A stretch of DNA of 64,000 nucleotides from Amoeboaphelidium protococcarum X5 (lineage: Eukaryota; Fungi; Aphelidiomycota): NCBI GenBank assembly GCA_023515725.1, contig JALDTO010000192.1, positions 761,517 through 825,516 on the forward strand, in the 5' to 3' direction. Each line of letters opens with the position of its first letter. Position 1 is the stretch's first letter. Shown in pieces: positions 28,905 to 44,727 of this stretch. The translations under genes and the position numbers were made by a program. Under the pieces are notes generated by a model. That model saw nothing but the letters and a program-made list of their open reading frames with translations. It searched no databases and had not been told where the DNA came from.

Positions 28905-31208
28905 ATGCCAACTGCTTTGAGTACTCTGTATAGTGCAGCACTTACTAATCATAGGCATATTAGAAGATTGGTGTATCTTGTGGCTCTGGGCTCTGTTGCT
29001 TACAAAATTCGATCTTCTATGAGTGGTGGTGGTTCTAAATCCAAGAGTTCAAGTTTGAAAAAGAGTTATAATGATGGTGGAAGTAATGAAGTTTAGAAAT
29101 TTGACAAATCTGGCAAGAGAAGAGTAGAGATTAATCATGAATTCTTTCAGAGATTAAAGTTCCTGCTTAATATCCTGATACCAAGATTTTACTGCAAAGA
29201 GATGGGCTTGATCATCCTGCATACATTCTTCCTGGTATTCAGAACCATATTGTCGGTGTATGTCGCACAGCTGGATGGTAGATTAGTCAGTGATCTCGTG
29301 CGTGCTAGAGGAAAGCAGTTCTTATGGGGAATTGTAATGTGGATGGGGATTGCTCTACCAGCTACTTATTGCAATAGTATGCTGACGTACCTGCAGAGTA
29401 AGATTGGTATTGCTTTTAGAACTAGATTGACTCTATTCATACATGAAAAGTACATGAATAATGCAATGTTTTACAAGGTTGCCAACTTGGATGATAGAAT
29501 CAAGAATGCAGATCAGTGTATAACACAGGATGTATAAAAGTTTTGCAATTCCCTCTCTGAGCTGTACTCCAATCTGGCTAAACCTATTCTGGATATTATA
29601 ATGTACAATGTACAGTTATCAAGAGCTGTGGGTGGAGATCCTCTGCTTGGTGCAAGTCTGGTGATCAATTTCTCTGCGTGGGTCATTCGGGTGCTCATGC
29701 CTCCATTCGGTAAGATGGTCGCCGAGTAGTAGAGATTAGAGGGAGAGTTTAGATTCACTCATGCCAGATTGATAGAGAATGCTGAGGAGATTGCTCTTAT
29801 GCATCGCCCAAAGCGTCTTAAGCCTCTTGATCTTTCATAGAATACCTCCGGCGTACAAGATCGTGTTGTTGCAGTACCTAAAGCGGATGAAATTGTGATA
29901 CCAACAGTGGAGAAGGATATTCTTAATAATGCTTATACTGCCCTTATTAAGCATGTCAACTCTATTTATAAAGTCAGAATTGGTTATGGTATGCTTGAAG
30001 ATTTTGTGGTGAAATACTTTTGGGGCGCATGTGGATTAATACTCTGTGCAGTTCCTGTATTCTTTGAAAAGGCTATTACTATTGGAACACCAGAGTCTGC
30101 AGTGTCTGCTCCTGCTCCCGCTTCTCCGCAATCCACTTCAACTCAAAAGGGAGATAAAGCTGGTATGCGCACTTAGAGCTTTGTTACTAATCGACGATTG
30201 TTGTTGACTTCTTCTGATGCCTTTGGTAGAATTATGTACTCTTATAAGGAGGTTAGTGAACTGGCTGGGTATACTGCAAGAGTGTATGAATTATTGGAGG
30301 CATTCCAGGATATCAGTCAGGGAAAAATGAAGAAGACTCTTGTCACAGTGTCCAAGTTCAATCTCGGTATGGACACGGCGACTCTGCTGAAATAGAGAGG
30401 CGATGTCAAGATTGACAAGTCTGGTGAAGTGGTATCCTTCCGTAAGGTGCCTATTATATCTCCGAATGGCGATATCCTAGTGCCTTCTATGGACTTTGAA
30501 ATTAAGGATGGTATGCACTTGTTAGTTATTGGACCGAATGGTTGTGGAAAGAGTTCTCTCTTTAGAATTCTCGGCGGATTATGGCCGGTATATGGCGGCA
30601 CTTTGACTAAACCAGATCCTTCACAGATATTCTACATTCCATAGAGGCCTTATTTAGTTACGGGCACATTCCGCGATCAGATCATCTATCCGCATACTTT
30701 TGATGATATGCTATCCAGAGGAATAACTGATGTGGACTTGGACAGGCATTTGGAGGTGCTGGAACTGCTCAATCTTAAGGATAGAGAAGGCGGTTATGAC
30801 GCAGTGAAGGATTGGAAGGAGGTGCTCTCTGGTGGAGATAAGCAGAGAATCGCTATGGCTCGCCTTTATTATCATAATCCCAAGTTTGCCATCCTGGATG
30901 AATGTACGTCCAGTGTCTCGCTAGAGATTGAGAGAGTAATGTACACCAATGCTACTAAACTTGGTATCACATTAATGACAGTGTCGCATCGCCCATCGCT
31001 ATGGCAGTATCATGACTATATCCTGCAGTTTGATGGTGCTGGTGGTATTTCTTTCAGTCATTTAGATGCGAAAGGACGTCTTGGTCTGCAGGAGGAGAAG
31101 ATGCAATTGGAGCATAAGCTGAGTGAAATGCCAAAATTGAAGGTTAGATTGGAGGAATTATAGTCTGTTAAACTGAAAAGTATTCCAGATTAATAATAAC
31201 ATCTGTGA
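28905..31208 (+). CDS. Peroxisomal ABC half-transporter (ABCD/Pxa family), 767 aa
   Basis: [30 protein letters not shown], Walker [41 protein letters not shown]. Confidence 0.93.
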
Positions 31209-31303
31209 TTTTTAGTGTCAGAAAAGTGAATATCTATTTTAATAACATGGTTTCATTGTGAATGTACTGGATATGGTAGATAGCATCACCGCCAACAGTA
31301 TCA

Positions 31304-32227
31304 TCAATCTGTCATGATTTGATTAGATTCAACGTTGGCCGCACTCTAAATCATAGCGGCTTATAATACTTGTTCATTTTATCGCACCTAATGGGCCTGT
31401 TCCATGATACTTTGTGGAATTTGAGGCAGCACCTTGGAGTAATCTCTAATCTTGAATCCATAAATTCTTGGTACATACCTGATGGAGGATTCCAAATCAC
31501 CGCTGGCATTAGAATGTTATGATACATTTTACATATCGCGGATACTAGTGCTACTGACATTGCTGTTAGACGGAGTAACTTGTCCAGATGTGACAACACG
31601 CGTCGGAATGTACTGAGGATATTATTACAGAAATAGGTGAGGAAATGTAGTGGTAAAGTACGCTCCGTCCACGTACAAGTGTCTCTTACTCTTGGGATCA
31701 TAGACATCCTCACACTTGGCACAGTACAACTTCACGCCCAGCTATCCAGGAACATCAGTCAATCCAACGGGTAATAGCGCCTAACCTTAACACCATACAC
31801 GAGGACACCTTCCGAAATGGCCGCTCTTAAACTTTTGTTGCATAGCGTATAAACCCTTGGTGGTAAGAATGTACCTGGCATGAATGAGGCCGTACAGATG
31901 GCGCGCATTCTTGATCAATTCTTGTTATATATCCTCCGCTGACACATTCTAACCCATAGAATTAGCATTACCGCCACCCTACTGATCATTGTTCATTCCC
32001 AAATCATATGAACTAATAGCCTGCTCCTCATCCATTTTATCGCAAATCAAATCATACGCAGGATTAAAGAAGGCCACTTCATAATTGAGACCGGTGAGGT
32101 TGAATTTATCCAAAATATAATGCTGATCCACCTCGCAGAAATACTCTGTGCCCTTGATTTACAAATACTCTCTCACCCATTCAAATGAAGTCTCTTCGCT
32201 GGATTGACTACTTTATGAAGCACTCAT
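31304..32227 (-). CDS. CKB: Casein kinase II regulatory beta subunit, 307 aa
   Basis: [74 protein letters not shown]. Confidence 0.93.
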
Positions 32228-32568
32228 TATATTTTACTACTTTTATCTTTTATATAGTCTCAATATTACACAAAAAAGCTGTAATTAAAAGATGCTGTCG
32301 ATCACTTAATATATTTTGCCGAGTTTTCGCAAATTTCGCGCTTTGATGTTTATCCACAGGAGATCGTCGCCTTAAAAGGACGCGATAGACAGAAAGTCAC
32401 AAACACACACAAAGACGCGTTGAGAAGTACCTCTAGAAAACTTGAAGAGTACGCTGACCACATTTCTCTCTAGCTATAATCATTCTGGTCCTTCATAAGA
32501 TTCGCGATTACTAATTATACATATATTGTCTGTAAGGAATTAAAAAGCTATATAGTAAAGCAGATAAA

Positions 32569-32874
32569 ATGACTATAATATCGTCATAGTATAAGCAATT
32601 GATGCGATACGCGTCTAACTCGACAGCATAGAGCAAGTATGAAGTGAAAGATTTTCTGGAAAAGATTGGGCGCAATATGGTGCAATATGCTGATAAATTC
32701 TAGAGTTGGGATGATGTGATCGCGTCTAAATCGGAACAATTAAAAGATGCTGGTCTTAATACTACAGATAGAAAGTATCTTTTGCACTGGATAGATAACG
32801 TGAAGCACGGCATTGAGCCATACACTCAGGATAAGCCATCTCGATCTCCGCGCGGTCCTAAATGGCGATACTGA
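32569..32874 (+). CDS. FYV4: Mitoribosomal mS41/Fyv4 (IGR domain), 101 aa
   Basis: VKDFLEKIGRNMVQYADKF[TAG=Q]SWDD..SEQLKDAGL..RKYLLHW. Missed by the ORF track. Confidence 0.85.
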
Positions 32875-32984
32875 TTCTCTTACTAAGGTGGTGTTTAATG
32901 GTGTTATAATAGAATTACAGTCATTTAAATACAATTTTAATAGAAATTATATATATTACAAATTCAAATCTCAATTGGGAATCA

Positions 32985-34036
32985 TCATTATTTAAATTCC
33001 ACGTAATTGGCCGGGAAATTTCCAGTCTGACCATCTCCGCCAACCTTCTTGCCCACCCACCAGTCATCTTTTGATGTTGTCTTCTTTACCACCTCAATCT
33101 GATCACCCTTCTTGAACGATAAATCACCCTGTCTCTATGCCACAAAGTCATACATTGCAATCGCTACAGATACACCTGAAGCACTCTATAATTATTACGG
33201 TCGAGGTGGAATACTCGGTCCACTGCCAGATAATGCAGAGTAATTCTATGACTGTTACGAGACAAAATATGATGGCGGACTGTTGGCCATTGGCGAGGTG
33301 GAAGATGATCCAACACCACTTCTACGCTCCAGCGCTGCATATAATTAAGCACCAGCTTCTGGTCGCTCCACTTGACCACTTAGAATTTCCTTTGCAGTTA
33401 CAGCGCGATGATAGAACGCCTTATTAGCATCGTTTCTTTGCACAATCATAGATCCCTCCAATGATACTCCGATAAACATACCCTTAGTCTTTGAGTAGGA
33501 GTACATGGAGGCGAGTTTAGGCTATTTGAAATTAGAGACTGAGGCTGACATTTCAGCATTCCTGCCTATTGGTCCAGCGGCGACGCTGAGATTGGATCCC
33601 ACAGTGAGATTTCCCTTCTGACTGAAAGCATCTACAGCCTCCTGTGTGTTCAACACAATAAGAAAATCAGTCATCTCCCCGCCAATCTGAGCACCAAATC
33701 CGATAGATGCCGTGGCAATAGCTGACGGTGCTGACCAGGAGCCATCGCCCAGTCTCGCTATAACTACACCAGTACCTGCTCTACCAGACCATAGGAAACC
33801 CGCCTTTATAACTTACAAAATGGCCAACCCCTTCGCCTTCTAAATGATATCAGGTGGAATTATACTATCCGGACTCTTTTCTTTCGCCTCCTCAGGCTTT
33901 ATAAACTGGTCCAAAATCTTTGCCGCTACACATACAGAATATGACATTCGCTATCTATCGAAAACTGCGCAGAATTATGTTTACCTTTTTGACACTCTGA
34001 TCCAAGATCTAATGGAATTAATTCTTTTAAATTCAT
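32985..34036 (-). CDS. YSC84: SYLF/YAB + SH3 actin-regulatory protein (Ysc84/Lsb3/SH3YL1); intron 33926-33984
   Basis: SECQKAAKILDQF, KAKGLAIL..KAGFLWSGRAGTGVVIARL.DGSWSAPSAI, YSYSKTKG, C-terminal SH3 ending GNFPANYV. Confidence 0.92.
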
Positions 34037-34674
34037 ATTGTACTTTACTTTTAGCGAATTTATCTTTAAAAGAAGACTCTACAATGGTGAAAGTTGGAAT
34101 AAAACGAAACTGTTTGAAACTTGATCCGAAACCGAATTGGAGAGGAGTTAATTATTAGGGACAGATGATTGCGAAAGAGTTTTTACGCGTCGGATTATTT
34201 AACGCATAAAATTTAATAAGTCAAAAAGAGTACTTATCTATCTATGAAGAGATTTATCGCGAAAATTTGGAGCGAGTATCGCTGAAGAAATGAGCTTTTA
34301 TAATAAGACCTGATCACGTGATTCGATAGTTCGTTGAAAAGAGAGTCGCATCAAATTTGTTTTCCTTTCCATCTTGAAGGGAAGTGACTGAATCGCAAAG
34401 AGCTATAGATCTCATAAGATTTTATTCTTCGTCAACACTTTAGTCTGCACGCGTAACATACTCTAGCGATACACGTACTGTACGCTGTGCAGTAACTGAA
34501 CTCGGTAGGTACTCAATCTCGTAGAGTTTGGATCAAACACGCGCGTCGATTTCATTTTCGGTTGATTTCGGTTAGATTTTTCGCGTCTGATCGTCACTGA
34601 ATTTTGCTTAGAGAAAGCACCACTCACAAAACCAAGCGTTGTATTCCAATCTTGACGAGGAGTAACAATAATAA

Positions 34675-35082
<408 letters not shown>

Positions 35083-35201
35083 TCAATTGAATATTATATT
35101 TTATATATATTTCTGGACTCCTTAGTTCAATTTTTGTCATGTTAGTATTATGATTATTGCCATAAGAGCCCGCTTGTGAACTAGCAGATTTTATAGTAGT
35201 T

Positions 35202-38177
<2,976 letters not shown>

Positions 38178-38347
38178 TTTTAACCTTCAGCGAGAGATGA
38201 ATGATAAAGCCCGATAGTTATTGAAGGTGGAGCCGATCTGTGCTGGAGAGAAAGTATAAATAAACGAGCCGCTGAACGATCGCCTCTCTATTTCATCCAA
38301 TTGGGAATATCAACGTTTATTGTTACGCGAGCTCGTCGCCTTTAGTA

Positions 38348-39330
38348 ATGGACCCATTTGTGTATTGTAGAGATACCTTATTGTAATTTATATATATATA
38401 TGTATTGTTTTTAATTCGAATTTAAAGATTATCAGCATTAATTTATGTAGGAAAAAGGATTATGAGGGTTATCTTTTATCTTTAGCTTATCCAAGTGGAC
38501 ATAGGTATCAGTTTGTGTTGAGGGCGTTGAATGTTGAATTGGTGCAGATCAGAGAAACTGCGAAGAATGATCTTGCCGGTTTAATGCGCTTTAGATGGTA
38601 CTCAGACCAGGTGGAACGGGTGTTTGATACTGCTGAAGCGAGCAAGAACATTAGGTCAGATGGTAGTATTAAAGGCTCGGGACATCCTGTTATTGATGCG
38701 CTAAAAATCATGCTCTACCGTGATAAAGTTCCTGTTGATCGCAACTCTATAATGGCTCTGATTAGCGCACGCTAAAACGATTTTATGCAATAGCGGTACG
38801 ATACATTGGATGAATTTCAGCATCATTGTCGTGCCACATACGGAAATCTGTTATAACTTTATGGTCAAGTGTCTGATCATACATCGTCACCAAATAAAGT
38901 CTCCATCAATTAGATTGCGTCAGTTGTTGGAATGTCTAATCTTTTGCGGAGTGTCGTTCCCAACGCGCAATCTGGGCGCGTTTTGGTCCCTTCGCATTTA
39001 CTGGAAGATTACAGTCTTACTGCAGATAAATTGGTCAACTTGATTTAAAAAGGTCCATAACAACAATCTTCTGATAATGAACGTTAATTTGTTGAATTAA
39101 CAAAGCACATCGCTGGTGAGCTTGAAAAGGAATTGGGAAATCTGAAAGCGGAGTCTTCTCAATCGTCATCATCTACCGACTTGGCGCAATATCTCAACGC
39201 CCTTCCCGCATAGCTATTTGTTTAGAAACTAAAGAGGAACTAATTTAATCTTTTGTCAATTAAGAATCCAAGACTATAAACTCTTCCACTAAGACTGTTT
39301 GTCTCTGTGAAGTTGCGTCGTTGGATATGA
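38348..39330 (+). CDS. NDUFAF6: Complex I assembly factor 6 (squalene/phytoene synthase fold); intron 38383-38450
   Basis: YCRDTLLKKDYEGYLLSL..LRALNVELVQIRE..LMRFRWY..GHPV. Confidence 0.82.
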
Positions 39331-39553
39331 TTGCTTTGCGCCTTGGTTACCGCCTCATACGCTGGTAATTCTCTCAATTTAGACTCTTGATGGTGGCCGC
39401 CATGACAACATCACTAACCACCGGCATTACCAAGTGGATAGATTAAATAGATTTCAATCTGATACCAAACATAGATTAAATAGTTTTCTCTTGATTTAGT
39501 AATCAACAATTACGTCCTCGAAGATCCACTTCATAGTGTTCGTCAAATCAACA

Positions 39554-42541
39554 ATGATGCCGTTTTAGGAGTTGTTTCAAACGCACAGTATTTGCAATCC
39601 TAAAACATTGTGGTTCGCATTTCTTCTGCTATGCTCTCTTGGATATCTAGTCAATATAGCACTGCAGAATAACATCTAGAACAAAGATGTGGGCAGATTT
39701 AAAGTTGCTCAGTAGATAATGGAAGAATTTGAACTACCGGACTTGAGCCTCCGATCCAAGACATCATCTGCCGGGATTGCCTCATTGAAGCCGAGTCAAT
39801 GCGTCGACGTTATCCTGTAGACTAACGACGATTACGCTGCAATGCGCAAGACGCTGATATCGCTGCAGACTCAAGTATACCAAAACTTTAATTTGCGCGT
39901 AATTAATGACTACTTCATGTCTGAAATGGTTGGCGCTGTGTAATCGCATGCCTCTACCTACCGCTAGGCTCATTCTCCCTGTGATTACTGGAGACTGTTG
40001 GAAGCTGGTCAGGACTGTGATTACGTGCTCACCGTCAAATCTGGTCAAGAGTTCGTTGTAAGTTAGTCGCTGATGACGTTGGTTAAACTTGCCATGTCTA
40101 ATAGCTCTGTGGACGTTCTGCTGTTTGACTTTCTCAATTCCTAGTCCCGATCTGTTCATGGATACAAGAATATAGAGTTTTTGGGCACTCTGGATGGATC
40201 GAGCTTTCTGCAGCACGCCTTTGTCAACACTGCCAGACTTAAATCTGTAATTGGTGCTCAAACTTCTGGGGAAGAGTATTGCAATGCATTGACAAATTCC
40301 GCCGCACAGTTGAACTCTGCCTATTATCCCATCAATGCTCTCACTTTATCAGGATCTCTTGTGAAGACGTCTTTTATATCGAACAATCTGGCGCGACTAT
40401 CGCTATCGAATCAGTAGCATCTTCTGGACAATCGAAAACCATTCGTGTCTGTTATCATCCCATACTACAACAATGAGATGTACCTAAAAGAATCGCTAGA
40501 TTGCTTAGAGAAGTAAAGCCTGTCAGATATGGAGGTCATACTGATCGATGATGGTTCAAACTAGAAGTCTCGTGATGCAATGATCAGTATTGTCAGTACT
40601 TACAAGACTAATATCAAAGTTAGAACGTAGAAAAACAGTGGTCTCTCCTATACGAGAAATGTCGGCGTGTTGATGGCGCAGGGTGAGTTTATCATCTTCT
40701 TTGATCCCGACGACTTGATCAACAGCACCACATTGGAGAAGTTGGCTCTGAAATTAACAGAGTATAACGACGTGTCTTTTGTATATCCTGGTAGTGTTCA
40801 CTTTGGAGAGTTCAATTTCAAGGTGATGGATGAGTATGATGGAAATCGTCTACAGAAGGAGAATTATTTGCCATCATTTGCCATGATTAGACGATAGGAT
40901 TACATCAACGCTGGAGGTATGGATGAGACGTTTGAAGGATGGGAGGACTATGACTTTTGGCTGCGTTTGCGTGGTATGGGCAAGGCTGGTAGGATTCTTA
41001 GGGAGGAATTGTTCTATTATAGACGGCATAAGAATGGGATGACGGGGCAGATCGTCAAGAAGAATCCTAATGAGCAGCACTGGCTGGCGGAGTTGAAGAA
41101 ACGAAACCCTCAAGCTTTTGGTTTACCATAGACTGATGGAGCATATTCCCTTGGGAGACTTGACGTAAGATACGCTAAACAGTATAATATCTCATTTGGT
41201 GATCGGCACTTGTCCGCATAAAGCGCTCGCCTTTTAGCTGAATAGTAACAGGCTTAAAGTACTTTTGATTATCATTCTCTGCGATTCAGAGTTTCATCCA
41301 ACAATAAGCACTTCAGATCTTATGGTAACAAGACAGTTGTTCATGTGCTTTATAACATTCCTTATATGGTGGTCGGTGGGTCGGAGAAGGTGGACTTGGA
41401 TATAATAGAGGCTATGCACCAGAGCTTTAAGTCTCAATACTCCCCCGAGGTAAAGTTCCATGTCACTATTGTCACGGAGACTGATTGGAAAGGTCATGAA
41501 TGGTTCGATAAGTTTGCCAGATTCGCAGACGATATCTTTCATCTTGATAGAGTTGCCAATGGCTGGGAAGGGCAGCTGAGACTGGTAGAGTATCTAATCT
41601 ACTCGCGACAGGTAGATATAGTGTTTGTGCGTAATGGATACACTGGCTATAACTTGGCACGAATGATGAAGAACAGGGGAACGCAGGTCAAGTTTGTCGA
41701 TCTTGTTCATCTGTACACCAACGACTATTCTTGGGATTCGCTGTCAGCTCCATTCCATCAGTACTTGGACAAGCGAGTAGTCATTAGTCAGGACTTGAGG
41801 CGACATATGAATGTCAAGTATTAGCTTCCTGAGAAGGATTTCACTATAATCGACAATGGAATTGATCTCACTCTGTACAACAGGAGTAATGTGATCAAAA
41901 TTAAGCAGAAAAGCTTTAGAACATGGTTGGGGATACCTGTCACTGCAAAGGTTGTCGCATTCATAGGGCGAGTCGATTCGGAGAAAGACCCTGAGAAGTG
42001 GATACGAATAGCATCAGTGATTAAGCAGATGAGTAACGCCACCTACTTCCTTGTCGTCGGTTCAGGTAATAAGCTTGAGGCGATGTAAGCTTTGGCCAAA
42101 TAAGTTCAGCTAGAGCATGTCTTCTTCTTGGGATACCAGGACAAGGTGGAGGAGATCATTGTGGAGATCGACCTATTGCTTATGACCTCTATTTTTGAGG
42201 GTATACCGTTTACTGCTGTCCAATGTCTCGCAATGGGAGTTCCTGTCGTGTCATCAAATGTTGGTGCTTTTAGGGAAATTGTTACTGATCACGTAAATGG
42301 TCAACTGCTTGATGTCAATGATAGTGTTGAGAATTATGCGTCTGCTGTTATACGAAATCTGGATTTGGTCATCTCTCAGGACAACGTCACGGCTATAAGA
42401 ACCAAGTTTGACAAGCGAAGAATGTAGGAAAATTATAGGTCTTTAATGTACAATCTGGCACAGACAGTTGATCAAGACAAGAAGTATGCCGAGTTTACAC
42501 AACATGCGGCTGTTCATGCTTTCACGCCTATAGAATATTGA
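39554..42541 (+). CDS. Type II membrane multidomain glycosyltransferase A (degenerate GT2 + GT2 + GT4), 995 aa, intronless
   Basis: TM LWFAFLLLCSLGYLVNIAL. GT2: VSVIIPYYN..VILIDDGS..RNVG..FFDPDD..GWEDYDFWLRL. GT4: IPYMVVGGSE, IDNGID, FIGRVDSEK, SIFEGIP..GVPVVSSNVG. Confidence 0.9.
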
Positions 42542-42627
42542 TACTACTGAACAATAGAAAATAGATTAGGGAAATACTGCTGGCCTTGACGTTTGACGAT
42601 CCACTATTATAAAGTTCACTTTTAAAA

Positions 42628-44398
42628 TCAATACGAATCACTCTCATATCCCTTGATGGTGAATATGGACGGTTGCTTACCATAGAGCGAAGATGACATT
42701 TTCGCTATGCGCTACAAATCAGACGAAGATAGAGCAGGCAGGTGTCGCAGAATTCTCTAAATTCCGTCATAATTTGACATTGTCTTGATCATAGAGTTGG
42801 AGTTGCCAAAGCGGTAGTGATACATGGGCAGCACAGGCTTTTCAAACCGGTATCCTGCAATCAAGAAGCGAATCCAGAATTCCCAATCTTCATAGCCAGT
42901 TCTATCAGTTGTAAATCCTCCCATGGCACGCAATACATCAGCCCTGATCATAAAATTTGGCCCACCAAATGTATTGAGGAAGAATCCAGCAGGCAGTGGG
43001 CCACCAGCAACCAGCCAGTCTTCTCTGCCTGACGTCTACTAATCAGGCTTTGCAGCTGTGAAAAAGAGAGGTCTCACACAAATGGCGTCCACTTTGGTAC
43101 GCTAAAGTATTTGGAACGTCTCCTTTACTTCTTGTGGCATCATCTAATCGTCACCATCCAAGAACATGATGAACTTGCCAGTGGCTGCTTTCATACCGAC
43201 ATTACGAGACGCGCCTAGGTAAACGTTCTTCTCATTGCGAATCACAACTACCTTCCTATTTTACTAGCTCAAGCTGGGCAACTACTAGAGCACTTTTTGA
43301 TGATCTTTATCAGGCGAACAATCATCAATGACCAAAATCTCAATCTCACCCGGATAGTTTTGATTGATCACAGACTACACAGCGTCAACAAGCCATGACC
43401 CATGATTATAAGTCGCAATCACAACTGAGATCTTTTCCAATTGAATAGCTTTCTCGTTGTTCTAGGCTTTAGCATTGTGGTCAATAAGTCCTGCAATCAA
43501 GCCAGATATTTGTTGTAATTCGCTAACTGATAGAGTAACTGCACACACAGGCTAAGCCACTGGCGTTGATTAAAAAGAAACCTCCTTATCGATGGACATA
43601 GAAAGCTGCGCATTGTTAAACGTCTCCTTCTCAAACCACTCTATGATCATATCATACGGACTGGCGGTGAGTTCAGATATTCTTTGCAGGTACAAAGCGT
43701 ACGTCTCAGCAGCTAAAGACACTACCGGTAAGCTTTTGAAATGGGTGCCTTAATGCTTAGCAAGAGCCGTGTAATAGCCAATACCATGTGTGATGGACAC
43801 TAAAATAGCATCACATTGACTCTCCGCGTTGTTTTAAAGCCATGCGAAAGCATCATATGATTGTCGCAGCTAATCTAAACCGAAGATATCTTTCGCAAAC
43901 CCCTTTACATGTTGAATGCGTATCTTGTTAGAGTCTTTTTTGAGCCCATGTACATGTGAAGGGTCTCCGGCATGTACCAGAGTGACAGAATGACCTTGAG
44001 ATTACAGACTCTCAGCCACTTGCTGGTTGATGTGACCAGAGACTGACCAGCGCGGATCTTTGTGGCCAATCTTATCCCAATCTAGATCAGCATTGCCATA
44101 GTCTTTGGTTACCATGCACACTTTCAACTATTTATTAGATACGACGGGTGCGAATGGGCACTATTTCGGTGGACCATTCAGCGACTCTGACAAATTCGAT
44201 CCATCGTGGTTCTACTTGAGTGATGTAAAGCTCTACACTAAGTTCTAATTGCAGATTAGATTTAGGATGATGAATACAATATGGTCAGGTAAGACTTACA
44301 TGTAATAGAATGATGAAAACCGCGCCATAACACAATGTCAAGATGATTTATCTGTTTGATCTACCCATGTACATTTCATATAGATTTTACTTGTTCAT
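42628..44398 (-). CDS. Type II membrane glycosyltransferase B (GT4-like N-lobe + GT2); intron 44233-44299
   Basis: TM IILTLCYGAVFIILL; LKVCMVTKDY..VAESLQSQGHSVTLVH. GT2: ISVVIATYN..ILVIDDCS..GASRNVG..FLDGDD..GYEDWEFWIR. Confidence 0.85.
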
Positions 44399-44490
44399 AG
44401 TCTCAGAGTAGGCTAAAAATATTCTATACGAATTGACGCCGTTGTACAGTAAATGACTGAATGGAACTTTTTTCTCTTCACTTGATATCT

Positions 44491-44660
44491 CCATGCCAAC
44501 CCACTGTATACCTGGGTACTCGCGCTATTTATAGATGGCTTAGCAATGCAATGGTAATTCCATGCTCGATTTTGATGTTTCCATGTCAACATACCGTACT
44601 TAGATACTCACACTATTTATAGATGGCCTAGCAATGCAGTAGTAGGTCCATGTTCGACTT
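44491..44660. repeat. Imperfect ~90-bp tandem duplication in the GT-B/GT-C divergent intergenic region; each copy has TATTTATA (TATAAATA on the minus strand)
   Basis: Copy 1: CCATGCCAAC..TACTC..CTATTTATAGATGGCTTAGCAATGCA..CCATGCTCGA. Copy 2: CCATGTCAAC..TACTC..CTATTTATAGATGGCCTAGCAATGCA..CCATGTTCGA. Confidence 0.85.
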
Positions 44661-44727
44661 AAAAACTTTAATCTTTCCACAGTATTACGGCCACATTAAT
44701 AGCTATAGTAGTAGAAGAAAGCTTATT

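Noticed and set aside
23571-34036. Functional clustering of trafficking genes (BAR-SH3, EXO70, YSC84)
   Set aside because: Interspersed with unrelated genes; plausible by chance in a dense genome.
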